A DNA stretch of 64,000 nt, from contig NC_086100.1 of NCBI RefSeq assembly GCF_963921235.1, positions 204,044,001 through 204,108,000 of the forward strand. The letters run 5' to 3'. The notes below the pieces were generated by a model. It saw only the letters and a list, made by a program, of their open reading frames with translations. It searched no databases and was not told the DNA's origin. Below, in pieces: positions 11,710 to 23,586 of the stretch (position 1 is its first letter; each line of letters starts with the position of its first letter). Source of the DNA: Mobula hypostoma. Taxonomy: Eukaryota. The translations under genes were made by a program, and so were the position numbers.

Positions 11710-12027
11710 GCTCTTTCCACTTAGATTAGGCGAGATAAATACGAGAGGACAAGGTTTTAGGGTGAAAGGGGAACGATTTAGGGGGACATTAAAGGGAACT
11801 TCTTCACTCAGAGAGTGGTGGAAGTGTGGAACGAGCTGCCATCTGATGTGGTAAATGCGGGTTCACTCTTAAGTTTTAAGAATAAATTGGTTAGATACAT
11901 GGATGGGGGAGGTCTGGATCGGTATGGACTGGGTGAAGGTCAATGAGGCTAGCGGAATAAAGTTTTGGCACAGACTAGACGGTCCGAAATTACTGCTTTC
12001 TGTTCTGTAGTTTTCTGTGGTTCTATG
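11710..12027 (+). mobile_element. CR1 LINE, subfamily C, 3' end
   Basis: TRGQGFRVKGERF...FFTQRVVEVWNELP; 3' UTR similar to 51900-52035. Confidence 0.85.
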
Positions 12028-14390
12028 TGTAGCCCCCCGCCCCGGCCAGTCTCAGGGTCGCTTGGCTCGCTGTCGTCTAGGGAAATAGCCCTCGGCCCCG
12101 CCAACCTGGGTAATTAGTTTGTGTGGATGCTGTGTGATGTACTCCACCCCGCCCAAATAATGGACAATACACCAGAAACGATTAAATGATTTACAGTTTA
12201 TAGATATTACTGGAACTATATAATTAATAGAGGATAAAATATAAAAGGAAAATAAAAGGCGCCACACTTATCAAAATTCAATCTCTTCGTGCACAAACAG
12301 TTGGAGCTCAGGAGCCTTCTTCCTAAAGGGATTGGACAGGCTAGATGCAGGAAGATTGTTCCCGATCTTGGGGAAGTCCAGAACGAGGGGTCACAGTTTG
12401 AGGATAAAGGGGAAGTCTTTTAGGGCCGAGATTAGGAAAAACTTCTTCACACAGAGAGCGTTGAATCTGTGGAATTCTCTGCCACAGGAAACAGTTGAGG
12501 CCAGTTCATTGGCTATATTTAAGAAGGAGTTAGATATGGCCCTTGTGGCTACGGGGGTCAGGGGGTATGGAGGGAAGACTGGTACAGGGTTCTGAGTTGG
12601 ATGATCAGCCATGATCGTATTGAATGGCGGTGCAGGCTCGAAGGGCCGAATGGCCTACTCCTGCACCTATTTTCTAAGTTTCTATGTTTCTGTGTTTCAC
12701 TCTGCGACCCCTCGGACCACCACGACCGGCCGCCTGGGACTAACAATGGTGGTCGACCAGACGCTCCACACGAGTCTGTCTCCTCGCCGAACGCCCCGCT
12801 CGGGGTCCGAACCCGTTAGCGGACTCACAGCACCCGGTCCATCCTCTGTCTCTCTCTCCCGCCTTCTCCCCAAAAACCCCGCGCAGACAATATTCTCAGA
12901 TACACCAAATTCATAACAAGTATCCCAATTGGTACGTAACATCGTCTTATCACAGTCTAACCCAAAACATGCTGGTAGCGCAAGAACTTTCTCAGCATTT
13001 AAGATAACAAAGAAGCATTCCCAAGTATAACACAATAAAAAAGCCATTTTAATTAGCCTACGCAGTAACATAAAAGACGAAACCCCCTTACACTCTTCCT
13101 CCGCCAAACAAAGTCATATTTCATGACTTCTAAATAACTTGCCAACCAGCTCTGCTAACACACAACACACACATACACAGATACACGCAGTGACAGTGCT
13201 CCCCAAGTACTGGACCTTACGCCCGTCCCCGGGCGCTACATAGGCCAACTTATCTGGGAGTTTCCTAATCCTCCGAGACCTCCATACCCCTCACCTAAAT
13301 CCTAAAGGCTCAGACACTACTAGGGATACCTCGGGCCTGCCTGCCAGTTCCTCTCTCACTCAGGCCACCATTACAACTCGGAGCCCCTCGTCTGGTCTTC
13401 GGGGCCCCGCTTCTTTTCCTTCTGATCCTGTCGTAACTCAGACTGCCCACAGCTAGCCCTCCCTACTACACCAGACTCAGTGGGAGAAGGGCTAAAGGTC
13501 TCTTCCTCAATCACGGGGAAGTTAGCGAAAGGCAGCATGTACCACATGCCCAACACATCATCCTTCGAATCCGTATTCTTCCTCATTCCCTTGATCGGTA
13601 GCTGCTGTTTGAGTTTCTCCAAACTGAAGCATTTAGCCGGGGCTACCCCTTCAGCCCTCTGCAGTCGAGACGTCGGCTTCTTCGGGGACTCCCTTCAACT
13701 CTCGCCACAGCCTCAGTAGTTCTGAATCACTGTTCTTGGCCACCTCAATCTGGAACGCTGTTACCCCAACAGCTTCTCCCACCCTGACCTGAAAAGCAGC
13801 AGTTAACTGATGTTCAGACTCCAGTTCTTTTCTTCCTGATGACGTATTCCAAGTCAACTTTCAGTTTTTCCACTTCATTTAAACTCGCGATAGTCATCTT
13901 TAGGTTCTTTTCAAGCGTCCGCCTCCCTTTTCCGACATCTGTCCTCCATTTCTTCATCTCCTCGGGAGTGTAGTAAAATTCGCCTCCCTGGGCTCTTCCT
14001 TTTCTTCTCGCTGGATTAATTCATCAGTACATGACTGCAGTGTCGGCACGGAATTCCGTTTCTCTTTCTCCACGTTGACGAGGGTGAATTCCAAATCTGC
14101 ATTGGTCGTCCCACAAGTGCGGCACTCAGTCTCCGACCGGTATTTCTGAGCACTCAGCTCAGCGTTGCAAATCCCCTGTCTCCCCTGTGTCTCATAAAGA
14201 TTAATGACCTGGGCTTCCATCCGCAAGTCCAGCACCGTCTGTTCCAGCACCAGGAAGTTCAACTGGTATGCCGGGTCATTTTTCTCACAAACTCCTCCCG
14301 CCAAACTCTCCTCCACATGTGACACTTCGCTTCTGTCGCCCGGGCTCAGTCACTCGCCTCGCTTCATAGTCCCCCCAGGCGAATCCAGGC
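12028..14390 (-). mobile_element. Gypsy-type element remnant: LTR 12028-13240 plus adjacent decayed internal sequence
   Basis: LTR bounded by inverted TGTAGC (12028) and GCTACA (13240). The adjoining minus-strand sequence encodes an RSRRIRKLPDKLAYVAPG-type pol tail running into the LTR. Confidence 0.7.
12323..12697 (+). mobile_element. CR1 subfamily A 3' end nested in the LTR
   Basis: ORF 12332-12595 and the subfamily A 3' UTR and tail. Confidence 0.93.
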
Positions 14391-14391
14391 T

Positions 14392-16006
14392 CTGGTGAAG
14401 GAACCATGGGTGACAAGTGAGGTGGAAAATCTAGTCAGGTGGAAGAAGGCAGCATAAATGAAATTTAGGAAGCAGGGGTCAGATGGGTCTATTGAGGAAT
14501 ATAGGGAAGCAAGAAAGGAGCTTAAGAAGGGGCTGAGAAGAGCAAGAAGGGTGCATGAGAAGGCCTTGGCGAGTAGGGTAAAGGAAAACCCCAAGGCATT
14601 CTTCAATTATGTGAAGAAAAAAAGGATGACAGGAGTGAAGTTAGGACCGATTAGATATAAAGGTGGGAAGATGTGCTTAGAATCTGTGGAAGTGAGCGAG
14701 GCCCTCAATGAATACTTCTCTTCGGTATTCACCAAGGAGAAGGAACTTGATGATGGTGAGGACAATATGAGTGAGGTTGATGTTCTGGAGCATATTGATA
14801 TTAAGTGAGAGGAGTTGTTGGAGTTGTTAAAATACATTAGGACGGATAAGTCCCCGTGGCCGGACGGAATATTCCCCAGGCTGCTCCACGAGGCGAGAGA
14901 GGAGATTGCTGAGCCTCTGGCTAGGATCTTTATGTCCTCGTTGTCCACCCGAATGGTACCAGAGGATTGTAGGGAGGCGAATGTTGTCCCCTTGTCAGAA
15001 AAAGGTAGTAGGGATAGTCCGGGTAATTATAGACCAGTGAGCCTTACGTCTGTAGTGGGAAAGCTGATGGAAAAGATTCTTAGAGATAGCATCTCTGGGC
15101 ATTTAGAGAATGATGGTCTGATCAGGGACAGTCAGCATGGCTTTGTGAAGGACAGATCGTGTCTAACAAGCCTGATAGAGTTCTTTGAGGAGGTGACCAG
15201 GCATATAGATGAGGGTAGAGCAATGGATGTGATCTATATAGATTTTAGTACTCTTTGGAAGGACAAACTCCAAGGCAGAGTAGAAAACAAATGGCAGGAT
15301 ACTTGGTAATGTGGAGGAGCATAGGGATCTGGGGGTATATGTCCACAGATCCCTGAAAGTTGCCTCACAGGTGAATAGGATAGTTAAGAAAGCTTATGGG
15401 GTGTTAGCTTTCATAAGTCGAGGGATAGGGTTTAATAGTCGCGATGTAATGATGCAGCTCTATAGAACTCTCGTTAGGCCACACTTGGAGTACTGTGTCC
15501 GTCCTGGTCGCCTCACTATAGGAAGGATGTGGAAGCATTGGAAAGGATACAGAGGAGATTTACAGGATGCTGCCTGGTTTAGAAAGTATCCATTATGATC
15601 AGAGATTAAGGGAGCTAGGGCTTTACTCTTTGGAGAGAAAGAGGATGAGAGGAGACCTGATAGAGGTGTACAAGATAATAACAGGAATAGATAGAGTGGA
15701 TAGGCAGCGCCTCTTCTCCAGGGCACCACTGCTCAATACAAGAGGACATGGCTTTAAGCTAAGGGGTGGGAAGTTCAAGGGGGATATTAGAGGAAGGTTT
15801 TTAACTCAGAGAGTGGTTGGTGCGTGGAATGCACTGCCTGAGTCAGTGGTGGAGGCAGATACACTAGTGAAGTTTAAGAGACTACTAGACAGGTATATGG
15901 AGGAATTTAAGGTGGAGGCTTATATGGAAGGCAGGGTTTGAGGGTCGGCACAACATTGTGGGGCGCAGGGCCTGTACTGTGCTGTACTATTTATGTTCTA
16001 TGTTCT
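14392..16006 (+). mobile_element. CR1 subfamily B, 5'-truncated, internal deletion at ~15250
   Basis: ORFs 14458, 14815, 15311 and 15567. The RT jumps from YIDFS directly to (H)FGRTN. Confidence 0.93.
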
Positions 16007-16269
16007 ATATATATAATTATTGCTAACCTGTTTCATTTATCTACATTTACATCACTATATTGCGGAGCTGACTTTGGACACGGCTCCATGTTATAGACCT
16101 TTCAGTTCCTTCACATTCAGAAGTGCTGGAATCTGCCGACGGAGAAGGAGGATTAATGCAGAGCTGGATCGTCTACTGCGGGGTGTGTTACATCCCAACT
16201 CCCTTGCTCCGACCGGTCCAAGTTCAAAGTCCAGTTTATTGTCATTCAACCATGTATGTGTGCAGGTAA

Positions 16270-16480
16270 AACGAAGGTTTAGCTGCTAACGGTCCTCTGC
16301 ACATGCTCTAAAGCTTTCAAGTCTTTCCTCAAGAAGGAGAACGGAACTGAGAAGAAAACTCTCGGTGTCGTCTAACAAACGTTTTATAGAGCTGCGCCGA
16401 TATCTCGCGGTATTGAGATCAGTACCCCGACTAATGAACGTCAAGTCTATCCACCGGGTCACTGTTGATTTGTCTGTCAT
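16270..16480 (-). mobile_element. Highly decayed CR1 RT C-terminal fragment
   Basis: Translation LTFISRG...; weak similarity. Confidence 0.45.
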
Positions 16481-16779
16481 GTGGCATCACGGGATCGGAC
16501 GAACTCTCGAGCTTGTCATTCTATCAATTAACGTTTGATCTGCTAATTCTCTGCTTGTGAACTTATTCATGATTTACGGGTGATTAGGAGTCAAGCAAAC
16601 ATATTCGGCAGCACTGGGCGCAATAAACGTCTTTAATTTTAACCGGAGCGACTCCGATGGGATCTGTGACATTCACCCTTTTGGAATGCACCTTTGTATT
16701 CCAAGAGTAAGCACACTTGGAAAAATTGAGGACTACTCTGAATCATTGTATCCCAGGAATGATTACGTCCAACGATTAG

Positions 16780-16917
16780 CAACACTCATCAAAGTTGCTG
16801 GTCAACACAGCAGGCCAGGCATCACCTCTTCCTAGAGATACTGCCTGACCTGCTGCGTTCACCAGCAACTTTGATGTGTGTTGCTTGAATTTCCAGCATC
16901 TGCAGAATTCCTGTTGT
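16780..16917 (+). mobile_element. Short Penelope-type insertion with an inverted terminal segment
   Basis: 17-bp direct repeat TTACGTCCAACGATTAG at 16763-16779 and 16918-16934; ~16779-16820 is the inverse of ~16842-16884. Confidence 0.8.
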
Positions 16918-16959
16918 TTACGTCCAACGATTAGATTGTTTTTAGCACCAAACGGTATC

Positions 16960-17743
16960 ACAGATGGAGGTCTACCCAGATAAGTGTGAGGTGGTTCATT
17001 TTGGTAAGTCAAAAATGGTAGCAGAAGAGAGAATTAATGGTAAGACTCCTGGCCGTGTGCAGGGTCACAGGGATCTTGGGGTCCGAGTCCATAGGGCAGT
17101 CAAAACTGCTGCGCAGTTTGACTCTGCGGTTAGGAAGGAAAACGGTGCATTGGCATTTATCAACCGTGAGAATGAGTTTCAGAGAAAATAAGTGATGTTG
17201 CAGCTATCTTGGACCCCGATCAGACCACACTTGGAGTACTGTGCTCAGTTCCTGTCGCCTCACTACAGGAAGGACGTGGAAACCATAGAAAGGATGTAGA
17301 GGAGATTGACAAGGAGGTTGCCTGGGTTAGGGAGCATGCCTTATGAGAATAGGTTGAGTGAACTCAGATATTTCTCCTTGGAACGACGGAGGATGAGAAG
17401 TGACCCGATACAGATGTACAAGATGATGTGAAGTATTGAGCGTGTGGATAGTCAGAGGCTTTTTCCCAGGGCTGTAATGGCTAGTTCGAGAGGTGCTTGG
17501 AAGTAGGTACAGAGGAAATGTCAGGAGTAACATTTTTTTTTTTACGAACAGAGTGGAAAGTGCGTGGAATGGGTTGCCAGCGGCGGTGGTGGAGGCAGAA
17601 ACGATCGGGTCTTTTAAGAGACTCCTGGATAGCTACATGCAGCTGACAAAAATAGACGTTGATGCGTAAGGACATGTTTGCACAGCTTTGTGGGCCGAAA
17701 GGTCTGTATTGTGTTGTAGGTTTTCTATGCTTCTATGTTTCTA
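16960..17743 (+). mobile_element. Older CR1 3' fragment
   Basis: PDKCEVVHFGKS, RPHLEYCAQF; tail TTTCTATG. Confidence 0.85.
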
Positions 17744-17999
17744 GGATCTCAATAAACCTAACCATCGTACCGAATAAAAAACAGCATATTTCTTAGTGCA
17801 TGGGATCTGAAAACAAACATCGTGCGAAGCTTGTCCAGTCGCAATTTTCAACTTCGACCTCTTATCAGGAACTTGTGAGATTAGTTGGATCTTATTACAA
17901 TATTAAACCATCAGACTTTGTGCAAAGCTTTAGATTCGACACTGAGCTGCTTTGTACTTTATAAATAATTATTAATTGTCACAGTGCACAGAAACGAGA

Positions 18000-20790
18000 C
18001 ATTTCCCCGAATCAGAGTTTAAAGCACACTCGTGCATTTAAAATACATAACTCACAATAACTTATGAAGGAAAGAATAAAACGCACAGATTAATGTCGCA
18101 CAAATAAACAAAATAAAGTGCATAAATTAAATATTGTCAGCTATCGAACAGATTAACCAGTGACACTTCAAAGGCTTTGCGGCAGGCAGTTCAGAAGCCC
18201 AATGACCTGAGCGGAGTAACTGTTTCTATTCCTGACTGCGCATATCTTTATGTCTACTGCCTGATGGTAGAATATGAAGTATGATGCTGGACGGATGGGA
18301 CGTATCCTAACGATACGACGAGCCCTGCCCATGCAGCGGTCCTGATACATGTCACAACCGGGAGAACTCTATGTCCCTCTCAGTTGTTCTCCTGTCCTTT
18401 ACCGGAACTTTCGGCATCAATACCAAATGGAGATGCAACTTCTCAGGGCGTTCTCAATGGCGGTCCGACAAAATGCAGATAAGATGGTAGAGGGAGGGCT
18501 CGATCACTTCTATGTCCTTGGGAAGTGGTTATGCTTGTTCAGGCAGCTGAGGTGACGGTGATATGAGTTCCCATGAATTTAGTTCACTTAATTCTTTCTA
18601 TGGAGGGTTTAGGTATTAACATAGGTGATTATCCATTTGCAGCTTCCTGAAGCCCAGAATGATTTCACTCGGCTTCTGCACGTTCAGTCTTAAGTTGTTC
18701 TTCTCACACAATTCACCTACCGCTCCGCCTCCTCTCTGCACTCAGTCTCATCATCGTTGTTGATGCCGACCACTGCTATGTCATTTTCAAACTTGATGAC
18801 ACGGTTTGAGTGGAATCCCGCGACACAGTAATACGTCAGCAGTATGAGCAGCTGACGCGGGGAGCACCGGCGTTCAGCGCAGTGAGACTAGAGTCGGTGC
18901 TGTCCACAAGAACTGACAACAGCCTTTCTGTTAAGGCGTGCAGTATCCAATTGTAGAGGGTGCTGTTGAGAAGCAGCGAAGGCAGTTTTCCCACCAGATT
19001 CTGGGGTATGGTGCCGCCAAACGCCGAAATGAAGTCTATAAACGGCAGTCTACATAAGAGATTCCACATCGTTGGGGGGACAAGTGAGAGTTGAGGTTAG
19101 GGGCTGTAGCATCGTCACTGGTTCAATTTGGGTGAAAGACGAACTGGAAAGCGTCCAATTTAGCCGTAAGTAACGCTTTCCTATGCTCCATGTCCAGCCA
19201 CTCAAAGCATTTCATGATGGCTGATGTTAATACGACCAGGCAATGCTCATTCACATTGGTTACTGTCACTCCCTTTGGCTCTGGAATGATAGCTGCTGCC
19301 TTGAGAACCGAGGGCACAATGCTGTTTCAGAGAGATGTTGAATCTATCCGCTACCACCTTAGTTATTTGGGATCTGCAGTCTTTCAGAAGTCGAAAGGGT
19401 ATATTTGCGCGGGTTGACTCTTCGCGCCAGGATCTACCTCGCTCAACTGCAACCATACGGAATGTCTACTCCCCTGGACGGTGGGGTGCCTTCCTTGCCA
19501 GCATTTTGTTTTGTACATCAATCCGGGCTTCGAAGACATTCAGCCTGGCAGTGAGTGAGGCATCCGGGCCACGGACGCCCGGGGTGGACATTGCATTCCC
19601 TACCACATGCGCATCATGTCACTGGTATCGCAGAAGTGGCTGCAGATTCTCTAAGAATTCTCCCGTTTCAACTTAATATGGAACTCAGAAGTACAGTTCT
19701 TGCTTTCCTGAGAGCTCTCACATCCGCCGATCTAAAAGCAGCTTCACGAACCCTCCGCCGTACATGGGCCTCTGCAATAAGCCATGGCTACTGACTTACT
19801 CTCAACCGAATATATATTGTGATGGCAACATCCTCAGTACGTTTCCCTGCATAGCTGGTCAAATTATCCACATATTCCTCTGTTGACGTGGGGAGAGGAG
19901 GACGAGGAGTAGAAGACTGCATTCAGCACACTGACAGGGCACCATGAATACCAGGTCAGGCCTTTCGGCGCACTTTCCTGCGATGTGCTGCAGGATGTAC
20001 ACCTTCGTCGACTTGCGTGATATCGTAATTTTCTCGAAGTCTATGGAGAAGCACTTTACTAACGTAAAGATGGCTCTAGACCATGAGCATTGCGTCAGGC
20101 CGGAGAAGTCCGAATCCACCGTTTGATATCGGCAGTCATCCCCTAACTTTTCCACATAGACAATGGGCGCATATCTCCATGAACGTTGTCAGGGGCGTCC
20201 CGCCTTCCATCGGAAAGACTGCATCAGAGTAATTGTAAATAGTTTTTCGATGGCCTGAAAATCCGTTGCCTAGGTCAGACTGCTATCTGCAGTGCAGACG
20301 GCCGGAAGTGTCCTTGCCCAGTTCCTCAGGATCCATGGAGTTCCCTGGACTCTGTGTCGTTTCGCTCCATGATTTTGTAGAGTATTCTGTATGCTGAATG
20401 GGCAACACCGAGTTTTTCTCCAGATTTCACTCGCAGATAAACAGCCCGACGGAGCGGTGAAACAGGGTTGGAGCGTCCGGAACCCTACCCCTAATGGATG
20501 CAACGCTAACCCTCACTCTAAGATGCCTGCCCTCAGAACAAAAAAAAACATGACTGGCGCGACCAGTTGATGTTGGCGGAGGTACACTCCACCACCCCTC
20601 CCTGAGCAGGAATGGAAGATTGGGGTCTCTGTAGCTGAAGGTCTCATCCGACGCTGCAAGGGGAAATGGACTAGGGCAATGGAGATTTTGCTGTCTGCTA
20701 GCTAGAAGTCTAAAACAACAACAAGAATAAACAGGGACCAGAACTGCGGACGGGGCAACAGTTCTGGCTGTCTCCTCGGGATTTACTCTC
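18000..20790 (-). mobile_element. Rex1/Babar LINE, long but decayed
   Basis: AAIIPEPK...LTSAIMKCFE, FIDFISAF..IPQNLVGKL...YNWILHALTER, YQDRCMGRARRIV: Rex1-type RT motifs in the expected order. Confidence 0.82.
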
Positions 20791-20799
20791 CAGGTGCAG

Positions 20800-21172
20800 T
20801 GTTGGAAATTCAAAATACTCTGCAGATGATGGGGTCATAGCAACACTCACAACACGCTGCAGGAACTCAGCAGGTCGGGCAGCATCCGTGGAAATGATCA
20901 GTGAACGTTTCGGGCCAGAACCCTTCGTCAGGACTGAAGAAGGAAGGGGCAAGGTCGCTGTAAAGAAGATGGGGGAATGCTGGGAAGGAGAAGCAGGTAG
21001 GAGCTAGGTGAAAAGCTAGGAGCTGATAGGCAGAAAAGGTGAAGAAGGTATAGGGGAAAGCACAATGGGTACTAGAAGGAGGCAGAACCATGAGGGAGGT
21101 GATAAGAAGCTGGGGGAGGGGGCAGAGTGAAACTGGGATGGAAGAAGAGGGTGGAGGAGTGGAATTACCGGA
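20800..21172 (-). mobile_element. Penelope-type terminal fragment
   Basis: gcaacactcacaacacgctgcaggaactcagcaggtcgggcagcatc plus a hammerhead motif and purine-rich flank, as at 8364-8920. Confidence 0.75.
20898..20937 (-). ncRNA. Minimal hammerhead ribozyme motif
   Basis: UCAGUC-CUGACGA-A-GGG-UUCUGG-CCC-GAAA-C-GUU-CACUGA: core intact, GUU triplet, C.C mismatch at the base of stem I. Confidence 0.7.
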
Positions 21173-21183
21173 CGTAAATGCGT

Positions 21184-21490
21184 GGCGCGTGGCCAAATGG
21201 TTAAGGCATTTCACAAGTGATCTGAAGGTCGCTAGTTCGAGCCTCAGCTGAGGCAGAGTGTTGTGTCCTTGAGCAAGGCACTGCACCACACATTACTCTG
21301 CCACGACTCCGGTGCCAAGCTGTATCGGCCCTAGTGCTCTTCCCTTGGACAACCTCGGTGGCGTGGAGAGGGGTAATTTGCAGCATGGGCAACTGTCGGT
21401 CTTACATACAGCCTTGCCCAGGCCTGCCCTCTGGAAACCTTCCAAGGCGCAAATCCATGCTCTCACGAGACTAACGGATGCCTGTTATTA
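21184..21490 (+). mobile_element. tRNA-derived SINE
   Basis: A box TGGCCAAATGG, B box-like AGTTCGAGCC, central GTGTCCTTGAGCAAGGCACT typical of conserved-domain SINEs, short (TTA)-like tail. Confidence 0.8.
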
Positions 21491-22711
21491 CAATTGCAGT
21501 ACCCCATATTACTTTCTGTCTCGTTATGTCAATATGACTGCTTCTCTCTCTATCTGTCTCTCCATCTGTCTATCTCAGTATCTCTATATCCGTGGTAAAG
21601 AAACCAAATGCAATGGTAGCATCCATTTCGAGAGGGGATATCAGGCTTTGACTATGTTTAGATTGCATTTCCAGTATTGTAAGCACTTTTATGGGCCTTA
21701 CCTGAGAGGAGATGTGACGGCATTGGGGTATACAGATCTGGTTTAAGATATTATTCTGGAAATGACAGGGTTACCGTCATTAGAGCGTTTAATTATTCTG
21801 TGCCTGTACTTGCTGGACTTCAGAGTAATGGTGGGGAATGAGCAATCTCACCGAAACATATCCGCAAACATCCCATTCATCGAGTGTAAAGACAACGTTT
21901 TTTCCATCTCTGGTCAAACCAGAGTTATATCTATGAGGTAGGTATCAGACATCAGACGTAGTACTCCAAAAGTATCCAAAGTTTGACAACGTTTTTGTTC
22001 CTCAGCAGTCATTAGTTCTAAAGAGCACGGTCTGTATGCGCAGTGGAGGCGAAAGCTCTGTTAACACATTGGAGTACCTGGACAACAGTCGTTAAGAGCC
22101 AGAAACTCTGTTGTGCCAAAGCAATTTCACTGTGTCAGCTGAAAAAAACGTAATCTATAAATGAAATCAAGTGAACAATTCACTGTAATAATGAATACCC
22201 AAGGTATTATTATGACATTGCGTGTGACTTCATAGTCAGAATTGTGAAGAGTTCTGATCTTCACAATAAATATACGATTATAGAAACACTACACAATGTA
22301 CCAAAATGCCTTACGAAATGGTAACTACGCTGAGACATGTTGTCTCTCACCCGACACTTGGCAGAATATCGCGTCTGCTTGCAGCTTACAGTTCCGGCAT
22401 GGAAAATAATTTAAAAAGTTAATGGTAAACTTTAGAACATCAACTGATATTTCGGGTTGGCAACAGATACTGGTCTCTCGGGGCGGGATGGTGGGGGGAA
22501 CGGCTTTCTGAGCGTGTTAACAACCAGTCATTTCTTCACCCCTCACCAACCTAGCCTCACTGTTAAAGCCGCTGAAACCTGCGCAATTGCCTACCACATT
22601 CTCCACAATCACTGAACTGATCCGAACGACAAACACCATAATAAACACTTCAGTATAAATATAGGGAAATCTCCGACAGGATTACAAGTGTTTCTGTCCT
22701 CTCTGCATAAT

Positions 22712-23586
22712 TGTATCCCTCCATTCCTGTCCCATAGTGACCATCTATCGCTTTACCCCTGTATCTCTGTATTCCTGTGTTTTTGTTTCTCTGTATCGCT
22801 TTATCTCTGATTCCTTGTATCCCTGTGTCGCTGTATCTCTGTATCGCTTTATACCTGTATCCCTTTATCGCTGTATCACTGTGTATCTGTATCTCTGTAT
22901 CGATTCATCCCTGTATCCCTGTTTCTGTGTCTCTGTACCTCAGTATCGCTTCATCCCTCTGTTCCTGTCTCCGTATCTCTGTATTTCTTTATTCCTTTAC
23001 CCATGTATCTCTGTATCCCGGTGTTTCCGTATCCTAATATCCATGTATCGCTGTGTTTCTGTATCTCTGCATCCCTTTATCCCTGTATCTATGTATCCCT
23101 GTGTCACCGTGTCTCTATCCTGTATCTCTGTATTCCTGGGTCCCTGTCTCCCTGTGACTCTGTATCCCCAAATGCCTCTCCCTATGTACCTATGTCTCTG
23201 TATACCTGCATCTTTTTCTCCTGTATGCCTGTCTCCCGGTATCCCCGTGTCTCTCTATCCCTTCATCTCTGCTTCCCTGTATAGCTCTATCTCTGTATCG
23301 CTGCGTCTTTTTATCTCTGTGTCCTTGTATCCTTGCATCCCTGTATCCGTGTGTATCTTTATTTATGTGCCTCTGAACCTATGTATGTTGCTATCTGTAA
23401 TCCTGTAAGATGTATCCCTGTGTTTCTGTGTCACTGTGTCTCTGTATCTCTCTATCTACGTACCACTGTATCCCAGTCTCCACATCATGTATCTCTGTAA
23501 ACCCGTATCCCATTATCCCTGTATTGCTGTCTCCATATCGCTGTGCCTCTGTCTCGCTATGTCTCTGCATCCCTGTGTCTCTGCAT
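22712..23586. repeat. Degenerate 8-mer tandem array, consensus about CTGTATC(C/T)
   Basis: Continuous variants ctgtatct, ctgtatcc, ctgtatcg, ctgtgtct. Confidence 0.92.

Noticed and set aside
17836..17873. Possible further hammerhead (minus strand CCTGATAAGAGGTCGAAGTTGAAAATTGCGAC)
   Set aside because: Core G8 is missing and the stems do not pair; at best a decayed relic.
21184..21255. tRNA gene
   Set aside because: A and B boxes are present but continue into a SINE body, with no convincing acceptor stem or poly-T terminator.
22737..23408. 223-aa Cys/Tyr/Pro-rich ORF
   Set aside because: Stop-poor reading of the octamer array; no domain structure.
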